The notes beneath the pieces were generated by a model, which was not told the origin of the DNA, did not search any database, and saw only the letters and a program-made list of their open reading frames with translations. From a virus (Duplodnaviria; Caudoviricetes), in IMG/VR virus record IMGVR_UViG_3300032321_001791, positions 1-25,479 of that record: a stretch of DNA of 25,479 nt, one strand, 5' to 3'. Numbering within the stretch: position 1 is the stretch's first letter; the number at the start of each line of letters is the position of its first letter. A program made the position numbers and the translations under genes. Below are positions 1-9,935 of this stretch, in pieces.

Positions 1-7
1 AGTGTAA
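1..7 (+). promoter_or_regulatory. AGTGTAA motif 9 nt upstream of a start codon, putative phage (late-type) promoter element
   Basis: The same heptamer recurs at 2732, 3407 and 18913, each 8-9 nt before an ATG/GTG. Confidence 0.5.
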
Positions 8-16
8 AGAAAGAAT

Positions 17-1960
17 ATGATAGAAACCCTATTTGCTGGACTTAACGGATTCACAGTAATACCTGGAAAGAAAAAATATTACGCTTCAGAGTATGAAAAT
101 AATTGCGAAATTAAGGTTGGACCACAAGATAGCTTAGAATTAACTTATGAAAATGGATTTTCTTCAGATTTTGCAGAAACTAACGTAATCAAATCTGATC
201 CAGCTTCAATAATTTCTTGCGACGGTTTTGGCGGATGGACTTACAATATTTTAATTCCAAAAGGGTTTGTATTAGACTTTATAGGTCAAAGAAATGGATA
301 TAAGGACATAAAAGGCGGAAAAGAATCTCAAATTATCCTAAGCATGATTGAACCAATGTATGCTATTTATAAACAAGAAGGAAACTCAGATAGACTAGTT
401 GATTTTATTCCTTGGTTAATCAAACAAGTTAATGGATATTCTGCAAGAAGTTTCAAAAGTATATACATAAAGAGCTATACGCTTCCTTCTGTCAGAAAAA
501 TTCAATATTTAAATCAAGCACAAACAATAACAGCTAACACAGATCAAGCAAGTCAATTTGGAATAAGTCATACCAAATATGGACTCAGAACAAATTTAAG
601 CTTCGTGAATAAAAGTGAAAAATTTTATAGATTAGCAATAGACGTAAAAACAAACCCAACGACTTTTGCAGCAGATAAATTTAGAACTAATTTAACAATA
701 AATGATTTTGATATACATGCAATAAGGATAGATAATTTTTATATAGTTCATCCAAAAGTAGAAGATAATAATAAACCCTATATTGAAAAAAACTTTAACG
801 CTACAACATCAAATGCTTCTAATAAAATATTAAAAACAGATCATTTACTATTTAATGATTCAATACTTTATTTTTCTCAAATAAGAGTAGGCGGAGTTCC
901 TCCTAGTGAATCAGAACCACTTAAAGAAGCGACTAATTATTATGTTATTAACGCAACAGCAAATGATTTTCAAGTATCATTAACTCCAGGTGGAAGTCCA
1001 ATAAATATAGGTGGAGACTATGATGTTATAGTAGTATATCAAAGTTCTCTTCCATTAACGATTAGTAATTATCCAGAGTTCAAAGTTCAATTTGGATCAT
1101 CAAAATTATATCAAGTTCCAACTTTAAGTAATTTTACAAAAAGAGAAGATGTTAATAAAATTGATAGAAATGCAGCTCTTAAAGATTCACTAACAAAATT
1201 TAAAAATCAAAACACACTTCAAATAGCTCAAACTGGCAATATTTATTATACACAAGGCATGATTCCATTAAGTGCATCTGGATATGCATATACAGGAAAT
1301 ACAATTTATTGGTTCCAAAATAATATAGTTAACAGTAGACCTCAATATTTAAGTAGCGGACTATTTGATAGTGAAAAAACAGGTGATGGAAATATAATTC
1401 AAGCTGGAACAGTAAGTACATATTTTAGACTTACTAATAGTGCTAAAAATTTCCAAAATGAAACACTTAATGTAGTATATTATAATATTTCTGCAAAATC
1501 TGGAATATTTAAATCTATAAATGAAACAGGATTTTTTAAAAATAATTCTGGAGATGCAACTTACAAGAGCGGAGTTTATACAAAATTTTATCAAGATATT
1601 CAAAAATATTTGTCAGATAATTACAATAACTTAACAGATGAGGTTTATGCTAAAACATCAACTCATCCAAATTTCTATATATATAGCGAAGCCGCAAAGC
1701 AAAGGGAAGGAGCTTATGGTGGAATAAATCCATTTTATTTAAATAGTGGATTTTATAATATATTACCAGCTAATTTTTATTTATTTGCTCATACAGCTCC
1801 ATTAGATAATACTACATATACTGCTAAAATTACAGGAATATCATTAAAACCATCAGATACATTCAAACCAAATGCAGCAAGCATTACAAGTTTAGGTATA
1901 ACCACAAATACAAGATGGATACTAAACCCAATTACTAAAGTTTATGATAAAGTTAATTAA
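17..1960 (+). CDS. Large hypothetical protein, probable virion structural protein
   Basis: 647-aa ORF rich in N/T/S/Y with no enzyme motif. Contains YYVINATANDFQVSLTPGGSPINIG, which resembles beta-rich modules in phage tail/baseplate proteins (recalled, not searched). Preceded by AGTGTAA-N9-ATG. Confidence 0.5.
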   Translation: MIETLFAGLNGFTVIPGKKKYYASEYENNCEIKVGPQDSLELTYENGFSSDFAETNVIKSDPASIISCDGFGGWTYNILIPKGFVLDFIGQRNGYKDIKGGKESQIILSMIEPMYAIYKQEGNSDRLVDFIPWLIKQVNGYSARSFKSIYIKSYTLPSVRKIQYLNQAQTITANTDQASQFGISHTKYGLRTNLSFVNKSEKFYRLAIDVKTNPTTFAADKFRTNLTINDFDIHAIRIDNFYIVHPKVEDNNKPYIEKNFNATTSNASNKILKTDHLLFNDSILYFSQIRVGGVPPSESEPLKEATNYYVINATANDFQVSLTPGGSPINIGGDYDVIVVYQSSLPLTISNYPEFKVQFGSSKLYQVPTLSNFTKREDVNKIDRNAALKDSLTKFKNQNTLQIAQTGNIYYTQGMIPLSASGYAYTGNTIYWFQNNIVNSRPQYLSSGLFDSEKTGDGNIIQAGTVSTYFRLTNSAKNFQNETLNVVYYNISAKSGIFKSINETGFFKNNSGDATYKSGVYTKFYQDIQKYLSDNYNNLTDEVYAKTSTHPNFYIYSEAAKQREGAYGGINPFYLNSGFYNILPANFYLFAHTAPLDNTTYTAKITGISLKPSDTFKPNAASITSLGITTNTRWILNPITKVYDKVN

Positions 1961-2048
1961 CGAGCCTCAACCAGAATGTCCTAATCCTTCTCCTAGAGGA
2001 GCACCACAAAATCCACAAAATCCAATAGACCCTAACAATAGGATTTAA
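1944..2048 (+). CDS. Small Pro-rich hypothetical protein (34 aa, MIKLINEPQPECPNPSPRGAPQNPQNPIDPNNRI)
   Basis: ATG at 1944 overlaps the end of the upstream gene and TAA is at 2046-2048. It fills the gap between genes, with in-frame CCT/CCA codons like the downstream paralogues. Too short for the ORF track. Confidence 0.5.
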   Translation: MIKLINEPQPECPNPSPRGAPQNPQNPIDPNNRI

Positions 2049-2055
2049 ATTTTAA

Positions 2056-2087
2056 CTGTAATTTTTATATGAAAGCGAGATTATTAT

Positions 2088-2090
<3 letters not shown>
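2056..2090 (+). promoter_or_regulatory. Conserved upstream element of paralogue 1 (CTGTAA-N7-ATGAAAG...TTATTATATG)
   Basis: Aligns with 2732-2768 and 3407-3443. Confidence 0.5.
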
Positions 2091-2717
<627 letters not shown>

Positions 2718-2731
2718 AATCAATTTAAAAT

Positions 2732-2768
2732 AGTGTAATTTTTTATATGAAAGTGACATTATTATATG
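2732..2768 (+). promoter_or_regulatory. Conserved upstream element of paralogue 2 (AGTGTAA-N8-ATGAAAG...TTATTATATG)
   Basis: Near-identical to 2056-2090. Confidence 0.55.
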
Positions 2769-3413
2769 GCAGATGCAAATGAATGGGGTCCTGATGGAGA
2801 GCTTCCAGATATTACTAAACCAGGCAAAGTAGATCCACGCCCTGAACCAGCATTTCCAACTCAAGAAGTACCAGACGACACAAATCAAAATAATAACAAT
2901 GATGGTCCAAGCATAGAAGAAATTGTAAATGGTATAAATGATTTTATAGACTCTTTCGGGCCACTTTTAGCTGCAGGTGCTGCTGCGGGTTTTATGGCTG
3001 TAGGAAACGCTCGTGGCAACAATAACAACAACAATAATAATAATACCAGTCCTACAGATACTCCAACAGATAACGAAAGTCCTGCGCCAGCAGATAAAGG
3101 AAAAGGAACCCCAGCAGAACCTGCTCCAACAAAAACTACACCAGTCCCTGGTCCTGTTCCTCAACCAGGACCTAAACCAGCAACAGGTCCTGAAACTGGA
3201 TCGCCTCCCAAAAAATGCTGGGTAGCAAGAGAAGTTTACGGATACGATAATCCTTCGTGGTTGCTGTTCAGAGATTATTTAGATTTTTCTGCTCCAACAT
3301 GGTTTAAGAAATTCTACATTTCTCACGGAGAAAAAATCGCAGATTTTATCAAAGATAAACCGTTTCTTAAGAATCTGATCAGATTTTGGATGGACACGAA
3401 AATCGAAGTGTAA
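2766..3413 (+). CDS. CWVAREVYG-domain (CFI-box-CTERM-like) protein, paralogue 2
   Basis: N-terminus like paralogue 1, hydrophobic FGPLLAAGAAAGFMAVG segment, poly-Asn, Pro/Thr linker, and C-terminal domain starting at 3216. Confidence 0.75.
   Translation: MADANEWGPDGELPDITKPGKVDPRPEPAFPTQEVPDDTNQNNNNDGPSIEEIVNGINDFIDSFGPLLAAGAAAGFMAVGNARGNNNNNNNNNTSPTDTPTDNESPAPADKGKGTPAEPAPTKTTPVPGPVPQPGPKPATGPETGSPPKKCWVAREVYGYDNPSWLLFRDYLDFSAPTWFKKFYISHGEKIADFIKDKPFLKNLIRFWMDTKIEV
2778..2861 (+). repeat. 84-nt direct repeat, copy B
   Basis: Matches 2094-2177. Confidence 0.9.
3018..3044 (+). repeat. (AAY)9 in-frame repeat encoding poly-Asn
   Basis: aac aat aac aac aac aat aat aat aat. Confidence 0.9.
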
Positions 3414-3443
3414 ATATCTCTGTGAAAGAGATACCATAATATG
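3407..3443 (+). promoter_or_regulatory. Conserved upstream element of paralogue 3 (AGTGTAA-N8-GTGAAAG...CATAATATG)
   Basis: Same spacing as at 2732. The motif overlaps the stop codon of paralogue 2. Confidence 0.55.
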
Positions 3444-4100
3444 GCTATAGGAGGATTTCAAGGATATTGGGATGAAGATGGCAATTGGAAAGATGGACCA
3501 AATCCAGACAGAGAAGAGGAGGTTCGTCCAGCAATACCAGTTATGCAAAGCTGGGAACTAGAAGAATTAGAGAGGCGAGCCGCAGCAGAAGAGAGATGGG
3601 AAGAAGAACAAGAAGAGGATGGTCCAAGTCTAGAAGAAATTGCCAGTTACGTTGCTCTTGGCATTTTTGCTTTAGGAACTATTGCTTTAGTTGCAGGAGC
3701 TGCTGGCGGTAAAAATAATGACGATACTAGCCCAAAAGATACTCCAAAAGGGCAAGAAGAAGAAACACCAAGTCCTGCTCCAGTAAACAATGGAAATGGA
3801 ATCCCAGCAGAACCTGCTCCAACACCAAAAGTACCAGTTCCTGCTCCTGTTCCTCAACCAGCACCGACACCAGCTCCAGAGACTGGAACTGGTCAGCCAC
3901 CAGCAAGATGCTGGGTAGCAAGAGAAGTTTATGGTTACGACAACCCTTCTTGGCTCTTGTTTAGGGATTATTTAGATTTTTCTGCCCCAACATGGTTTAA
4001 GAAATTCTATATTTCTCATGGAGAAAAAATAGCAAAATTTATTAAAGACAAACCGTTTCTTAAGAAGTTAATTAAAGCTTGGATGAACACAAAAATTTAA
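3441..4100 (+). CDS. CWVAREVYG-domain (CFI-box-CTERM-like) protein, paralogue 3
   Basis: Glu-rich N-terminus, clear TM-like YVALGIFALGTIALVAGAAGG segment, Pro-rich linker, and C-terminal domain starting at 3909. Confidence 0.75.
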   Translation: MAIGGFQGYWDEDGNWKDGPNPDREEEVRPAIPVMQSWELEELERRAAAEERWEEEQEEDGPSLEEIASYVALGIFALGTIALVAGAAGGKNNDDTSPKDTPKGQEEETPSPAPVNNGNGIPAEPAPTPKVPVPAPVPQPAPTPAPETGTGQPPARCWVAREVYGYDNPSWLLFRDYLDFSAPTWFKKFYISHGEKIAKFIKDKPFLKKLIKAWMNTKI

Positions 4101-4110
4101 GTTAATATAA

Positions 4111-4139
4111 TAGACTTTATCTTTAGAAGATACTATTAT
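4111..4139 (+). promoter_or_regulatory. Sigma70-like promoter for the glycosylation operon
   Basis: TAGACT-N17-TATTAT, ending 5 nt before the GTG at 4145. Confidence 0.5.
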
Positions 4140-4144
4140 ATTTA

Positions 4145-4948
4145 GTGAAATTCAATTTTCTTGTTTTAGATTACAATAGACCAAAAGAGAGCGAGCTATG
4201 CTTGCAAAGCATAAGAAAATTCGCCAAGTTTAATCATAATATAATATATTTATCTAATGGTGGGCAACAAGATTATGTATATGATTATTATAGAAATAAT
4301 CTAATAGATAAATTAATACTAAGAAAATTCAATAATGGATGCGGTTTAGGAACAAGAGAGTTATTTAATGATTTTGACATAGATTGTGAATTTGTATTTT
4401 ATGTACAATGTGATCAATTTATGATACGCGATTTGAAACAAAATGAAATTGATTTATATATATCTAAAATAAATAATAAGACTTTATATATTGATCTTGC
4501 TGGAAATCAAGGAAATGGCAAATATTCAGAAAGAGCCCATTTCATAAATAAAAATACATATAATAAAATACCAAACGCAATTGGTGGTCCTGGGCCATAT
4601 GCTAATCAAAAATGGACAGAAAGAGCTTTACAAGATTATATTGCTCAAAATAATTTGGAGTTTATAACAATTGATCCTCCACTTTTTGGAAATAATGGAA
4701 AAATATCCTATAGACAATTTCCATGCGGAGGAGAAACTATGCACTTTACAGACACAAAACAATTATGGATAATTAAACCGTTAAAAGACAGATATGATGG
4801 ATGGCCTAATTTTAATTTAACTGATGAAGAATGGGTTAAAATATTAAATAATCAATGGGAAAATGGCACAGTACCAACGAATCATGCCAAAGACACTTTT
4901 AAATGCTGGGAAAGACCATACGATATAAAGGATTTTAATAATGAGTAA
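4145..4948 (+). CDS. GT-A fold (GT2-like) glycosyltransferase
   Basis: N-terminal LVLDYNRP..LCLQSI, YLSNGG, NNGCG, and QCD at the DxD position. Confidence 0.7.
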   Translation: MKFNFLVLDYNRPKESELCLQSIRKFAKFNHNIIYLSNGGQQDYVYDYYRNNLIDKLILRKFNNGCGLGTRELFNDFDIDCEFVFYVQCDQFMIRDLKQNEIDLYISKINNKTLYIDLAGNQGNGKYSERAHFINKNTYNKIPNAIGGPGPYANQKWTERALQDYIAQNNLEFITIDPPLFGNNGKISYRQFPCGGETMHFTDTKQLWIIKPLKDRYDGWPNFNLTDEEWVKILNNQWENGTVPTNHAKDTFKCWERPYDIKDFNNE

Positions 4949-5792
4949 AATTTATCTTTGCGGAATAACACATAATGATTTAGATAACATTAAAGAATTA
5001 ACCTCAATTTATGAGTATTTTGATGGGTTAATTTTTGTTGATGGAGGATCAACAGATGGCACAAAAGAGTTACTAGAATCAAGAAAAAAAGATGGAAAAA
5101 TCATACATAGAAGCTGGACTAACGATCACGACTTCCAAATGAATGAATTTTTAAGACAAGGACCAATGAAGATTGGTGATTGGTTCCTTATTAGAGACAG
5201 TAGAGAAAGGTTCAATGAAAATTGGATTAAAGATTTAAGAGCGATGGTTCAAAATTTTAAAAACAATAGAATTTCTTCTGTATTTAATTATGGCAAAGGT
5301 TTTGCTTTTGAATATTATGACGATATGTATTTTGCTGGATCACCACATTGGGGGTTAATGAACTGCAGAGACAACAAAATAGATCTTGTGAATATTTTTA
5401 GCGAAAAAGATAAAGAGCATACTTGGAGATTAAGAGATGGAGAAGGAAATAGACCAATATGGAATTGCATAGATCATTTTGTAAAATACTACTATGTATA
5501 TCCAAGATCAAATCATTTATTAATGGGTAGAGAAAATGACAGAGAAGGCTTTATTAAAGCTGAAACAAATAGGCAAAAATTTCGCTTATATTGCAATTTG
5601 AAATTAAACTTAGACTTTACAATAGAATCACTTAAAACATATTTATCTAAAGACGAATGGAAGAAAGACGCAGAATTTGTCCATATGTTTGATCAAGAAG
5701 AAATTTTAAAAACTTTTTATAGATGGCATATCTTGAAGCATGATTTTGAAACTATTCAAAAAGATAAAAAAATCTGGAAATTGGAAGTTTAA
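4941..5792 (+). CDS. GT2-family glycosyltransferase
   Basis: FVDGGSTDGT motif; WFLIRDSRE at the DxDE position. Confidence 0.75.
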   Translation: MSKIYLCGITHNDLDNIKELTSIYEYFDGLIFVDGGSTDGTKELLESRKKDGKIIHRSWTNDHDFQMNEFLRQGPMKIGDWFLIRDSRERFNENWIKDLRAMVQNFKNNRISSVFNYGKGFAFEYYDDMYFAGSPHWGLMNCRDNKIDLVNIFSEKDKEHTWRLRDGEGNRPIWNCIDHFVKYYYVYPRSNHLLMGRENDREGFIKAETNRQKFRLYCNLKLNLDFTIESLKTYLSKDEWKKDAEFVHMFDQEEILKTFYRWHILKHDFETIQKDKKIWKLEV

Positions 5793-5793
5793 A

Positions 5794-6609
5794 ATGTTTA
5801 GCATTTATAGTTCAGCTTTTAATGTAATAAAAAACTCTTTTGATTATGAATCAGCAGTTGAAAATTTTTGTAATTTTGCAGAAGAAGTCGTAATAGCAGT
5901 AAACAAATCTGAAGATAATTCTTTTGAAGCATTTAAAGATCTAGAGAAGAAATTTAGCAATTTAAAAATAATTTCTGTAGATTTTGACTATTCAGACCCC
6001 TTGCTTGATGGTAAAATTAAAAATGCAGCCCTTCAAAAAACTTCTAATATATATAAAATAGGATTAGACCTAGACGAAAGAATACCAAAAAGACATAAGG
6101 ATAGATGGATTCGAGCAGCAAAAATGATGTATGAACATCCAATGATATATGGTTTTCTAATTCCAAGTATAGATATATGGAAAAGCCTAGAGTACATACA
6201 AGCAGATCCTAATAAAAATAAAAACTTTAAATGGTATTTACATAAAGAAAAATTATACAGAGGAGCAGTTAATTTTGCTAGATTAGAAAATGGTAAAATT
6301 GACAGAGAAAAAAGTGATACATGCGAATTACTGGATCAACTTGGAAATCTAGTGAATACTCCAAAAATATATGCAAATTTTGAAAATGATGAAGATTATT
6401 TTAAATGGCTTGAAGAGGAAGCTATTTTTGTTTTTCATATTGGTTTTTTAGATTTTGAAAAAAGAATTATTAGGAATAAAAATTTTTGGAATAAACATTG
6501 GGAAACGGTTTCTGGTAAAAAGCATGAAACCGCAATGACGTTAGAACAGTTTGATAAAAGATCAACTAAGCTTAAAAAGCATAATTTGAAACTTTGGGAC
6601 GAAGTATGA
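5794..6609 (+). CDS. GT2-family glycosyltransferase
   Basis: EVVIAVNKSEDNS, KNAAL and IGLDLDE (DxD). Start moved from 5740 to the ATG at 5794, directly after the previous stop. Confidence 0.75.
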   Translation: MFSIYSSAFNVIKNSFDYESAVENFCNFAEEVVIAVNKSEDNSFEAFKDLEKKFSNLKIISVDFDYSDPLLDGKIKNAALQKTSNIYKIGLDLDERIPKRHKDRWIRAAKMMYEHPMIYGFLIPSIDIWKSLEYIQADPNKNKNFKWYLHKEKLYRGAVNFARLENGKIDREKSDTCELLDQLGNLVNTPKIYANFENDEDYFKWLEEEAIFVFHIGFLDFEKRIIRNKNFWNKHWETVSGKKHETAMTLEQFDKRSTKLKKHNLKLWDEV

Positions 6610-7487
6610 ATTATATTTGCGGAGAATACTTTGCAGAAAATTCATCTTTAGTTTTTGATGAAGGATATTTAAAATTTGAAGGTGGAGTATATGTACCCAA
6701 AGACCAACCAAAAGAATTATTTGAGCATAATAAATTTGTAGTTTATAAGAATAATAATGACAATGACTATATTTTTGTTAATCCTCATTTTCTAGCAGAA
6801 TTTTTGCATTTTATTGAAAAAAATAATATTAGATGTAATTTGATAACTCATAAAAGTGACTCTCTAATATGCGACACTTTTATAAATAGACAAGGAGTAA
6901 CAATAAACGATATTTTTAATAGTAAGAATATAGTACATTGGTATGCTCAAAATTGTTTTATAAAACATGAAAAAATATCCTATATACCAATAGGAACTGA
7001 ATGTCCAAGAATAGGCTTACATCCAATACTCAAAAAAGGTAAATATTTAAATAAACAAAGAAACATTAATTTTTTGATAAACTTTCAAGAAAGTATACCT
7101 TACAATGTTTTTAATGAAAGAAAGCTTTTAGCTAATATATTAAAATTTAAAAATATCTATAATAATACATTTAATTTATTTAAAAGAGAAGAATTCATCA
7201 AAGATTTAGAAAATTCCTATTTTTGTTTATCTCCAACAGGGGCAGGAATAGATTGTCACAGAACATGGATAGCGTTATATTGTGGAGCAATTCCAGTATT
7301 GACAAAAAATTATATATCAAGTAAAATTGCTGAGAAGTTTCCAGTATATCTTATAGATAATTGGGAATCTTTAGATTTTTCATCTTTAAATGAAGACCTT
7401 TATTTTAATATTAAAAAACAAAAAAATATAGAAATAAATGATTTAAATTTATCAAATTTTACAGAAATAATTAATCTATTTAAATGA
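6606..7487 (+). CDS. Exostosin-like (GT47-related, GT-B) glycosyltransferase
   Basis: IPIG and FCLSPTGAGIDCHRTWIALYCGAIPV motifs. Start placed at the ATGA overlap at 6606. Confidence 0.75.
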   Translation: MNYICGEYFAENSSLVFDEGYLKFEGGVYVPKDQPKELFEHNKFVVYKNNNDNDYIFVNPHFLAEFLHFIEKNNIRCNLITHKSDSLICDTFINRQGVTINDIFNSKNIVHWYAQNCFIKHEKISYIPIGTECPRIGLHPILKKGKYLNKQRNINFLINFQESIPYNVFNERKLLANILKFKNIYNNTFNLFKREEFIKDLENSYFCLSPTGAGIDCHRTWIALYCGAIPVLTKNYISSKIAEKFPVYLIDNWESLDFSSLNEDLYFNIKKQKNIEINDLNLSNFTEIINLFK

Positions 7488-8362
7488 AAAAGACCCCTAT
7501 AGTTCTAATAGCTTTTAATCGGCCTAATTACTTTTATGAAACATGTAATAGTATATTATCTCAAGTAGACGACAGGCCAGTTTATTTATTTGTTGATGGA
7601 CCAAAAACGCAACAAGATTTATTCAATATAAATACCGTAAAATGGTCATTCAATAATTTCTTTCCTAATGGTGAGATATTTGAAGAACAGAATAACATAG
7701 GTATAGCTTTTAATACAAAAAAGGCCAGAGAAGTAATATTTGAAAAGCACTCAAGAGCAATATTCATAGAAGACGATTTAGTTTTAGAGCCGTATTATTT
7801 ATCTATGCTTGATAGGCTAATGTATAAATTAGAAGACGACCAAAACGTTGGGATGATAAATTGTTTCGCTGGAGCAGCTACAAGGCAAAATAACCTAAAC
7901 ACATTGGACAATCAAGAAAAAAATAAATCAAAACTAATTGCATGCTCTCATACATACGCTATGGGTATGTGGGCTAACAAATACGAAAAAATAAAACCTA
8001 CATTGTATGAGTATTATAAATTGCTTCCATCTATTTATAAAAATAGACCCCACCAACCAATAATAGATTTTTGGAGAAAAAAAGGTTTGGGTCAAGGTAT
8101 GAATATAACTAGTCAAGACAAAGCCACAGATTCATCCATGCTACTAGTCAATCAATACAAAGTTTCCACATATACGAATAATTTAAAATATATAGGAGAA
8201 ATTGGAGACAACAGCAATACATTTGCATTTAAGACTTTTAATTGGGAAAATTATCCAATATACGGCAAAGAGGTTTTTGATTTTGATTGGTCAGAAAAAG
8301 ATAAACAAGAAGTCAAAAAAGAGCTGGAACATAATTTCTTTGGGGATGGGATAGTAGAATGA
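7484..8362 (+). CDS. GT-A fold glycosyltransferase (GT2/GNT-I-like)
   Basis: PIVLIAFNRPNY, LFVDGP, NIGI and IFIEDDL motifs. Confidence 0.8.
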   Translation: MKKTPIVLIAFNRPNYFYETCNSILSQVDDRPVYLFVDGPKTQQDLFNINTVKWSFNNFFPNGEIFEEQNNIGIAFNTKKAREVIFEKHSRAIFIEDDLVLEPYYLSMLDRLMYKLEDDQNVGMINCFAGAATRQNNLNTLDNQEKNKSKLIACSHTYAMGMWANKYEKIKPTLYEYYKLLPSIYKNRPHQPIIDFWRKKGLGQGMNITSQDKATDSSMLLVNQYKVSTYTNNLKYIGEIGDNSNTFAFKTFNWENYPIYGKEVFDFDWSEKDKQEVKKELEHNFFGDGIVE

Positions 8363-9054
8363 AGAAGTTGAAGCTCGCAATATCAGTTGATGATATTAGT
8401 CCTAAAAATGTAAACGCATCTCTAGACGATCCTTTCTTATCTAAAGTATATAAAATATATAAAGAACACGGAGTTAAGACTACATTATTTATTCCAGCAA
8501 ATTTATCTGGAACTAGTGATTTAAAATTTTTTCCAGATTGGTGCAAATTTATTGATGAATTAGAATTTATTGAAGTTGCAGCCCATGGATTTTTGCACGA
8601 CTTCCAAACTCCAAATCAAAACGAAAATTATAAGGAATTTGCCAGAATGAACTACGAGGATACGATCATGAGATGCAAAGACATAAAAGAGTCTTTGAAA
8701 TTTTTTAAAAAGCCTATTCATGGATGGAAAATGCCAGGTTGGGAATTTAATCCAGAATCTCTTAAAGCTATATCAGAAAATTTTGATTATCTATACGCAC
8801 ATCCGTTGCATATGGAAATATATAGAAACATTTCTCAAAAAGCTAAAGTTATAGACTCAACCAACACCTACGATATTCAACACCAAATAGATTTTAACAC
8901 ATTAACTAATGGAATACTCATTCTTCATTCTCATGTAGATGGAGAAACGAATCAAAACAAATGGACGGATTTTAATTTCGCAAGACTTCAGATTACATTA
9001 AATGATCTATTTAAATTTTTTGAAGTAGAAACTACATTTATAAAAGATTTATGA
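8359..9054 (+). CDS. Polysaccharide deacetylase (CE4/DUF2334-like)
   Basis: ISVDDISP, TTLFIP, AAHGFLH (HxxxH), MPGW and LHSH motifs. Confidence 0.8.
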   Translation: MKKLKLAISVDDISPKNVNASLDDPFLSKVYKIYKEHGVKTTLFIPANLSGTSDLKFFPDWCKFIDELEFIEVAAHGFLHDFQTPNQNENYKEFARMNYEDTIMRCKDIKESLKFFKKPIHGWKMPGWEFNPESLKAISENFDYLYAHPLHMEIYRNISQKAKVIDSTNTYDIQHQIDFNTLTNGILILHSHVDGETNQNKWTDFNFARLQITLNDLFKFFEVETTFIKDL

Positions 9055-9935
9055 TTACAGTAGCAGCGATTTGCAAGAATGAAATAGCGTTAATATCTGA
9101 ATGGATAAGAGTCCTTCAAGACTCGGAAATTGTATCAAATATTATTATTGGAGATACTGGGTCTACAGACGGAACGATAGAAGAGATTAAAAAATATAGC
9201 AATATTGAACTCTTTCAAATGCCATGGAATAGCAATTTTTCTGAAGCTAGAAATTTTCTAATAGAAAAATCAAAAAAGAATAACTCCAACTTTTTGTGGA
9301 TGCTAGATATTGATGAATTTCCATCGGTCAATTTAATAAGTAAATTAAAAAATGATTTAAAAAATCTAACAAAATATGATCTTATTATGTTTCCGTATGT
9401 GGAATTTTGGGACTTCGATAAACCATGCTTTAAACTACCACCTAAAAAAACTTGTTTAATTAATGGCTTTATATACTATGAACCATTTAAACCGAACATC
9501 TGCTTGATAAACAATAACATAGATTTTAAATATAAAAATTCACTACATGAAGTATTAGACCTAGATTTCAATAAAATAAATTCATTATTCTGTTCCAAGT
9601 CTGGCAATCAAATTGTTCCTTTAAATTCAATATATGAAGAATACTATATATCCCATTTCTCATTCCCAAAATATAAGAAAGCAGCCAAAATCAATAATTC
9701 TTCATTCGAATATGAATTAGGCAAAAAAAGGCTTGAATATAGAAAAATTAAAACAGCCATAACTAATGGCAAAGAATATAGCACGGATTGGGCAAAAGAA
9801 AATAGAGATTATAAAGAAATAGAAGAACTAGGCAAAAACCAAATAGAGCAATTTTTAAAGGTAGAGGGATACGTATTTCCAGATTTAAATATAGATAAAA
9901 TTAAAGAAACTAACTATTATAATAGTATTATATGA
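9051..9935 (+). CDS. GT2-family glycosyltransferase (beta-1,4-glucosyltransferase/SunS-like subgroup)
   Basis: ICKNE, DTGSTDGT, NFSEARN, MLDIDE and LHE motifs. Confidence 0.85.
   Translation: MITVAAICKNEIALISEWIRVLQDSEIVSNIIIGDTGSTDGTIEEIKKYSNIELFQMPWNSNFSEARNFLIEKSKKNNSNFLWMLDIDEFPSVNLISKLKNDLKNLTKYDLIMFPYVEFWDFDKPCFKLPPKKTCLINGFIYYEPFKPNICLINNNIDFKYKNSLHEVLDLDFNKINSLFCSKSGNQIVPLNSIYEEYYISHFSFPKYKKAAKINNSSFEYELGKKRLEYRKIKTAITNGKEYSTDWAKENRDYKEIEELGKNQIEQFLKVEGYVFPDLNIDKIKETNYYNSII

Noticed and set aside
5740-6605. ORF-track starts at 5740 and 6594
   Set aside because: They overlap upstream genes more than is usual here. ATG 5794 and ATG 6606 fit the coupling pattern and the expected domain starts.
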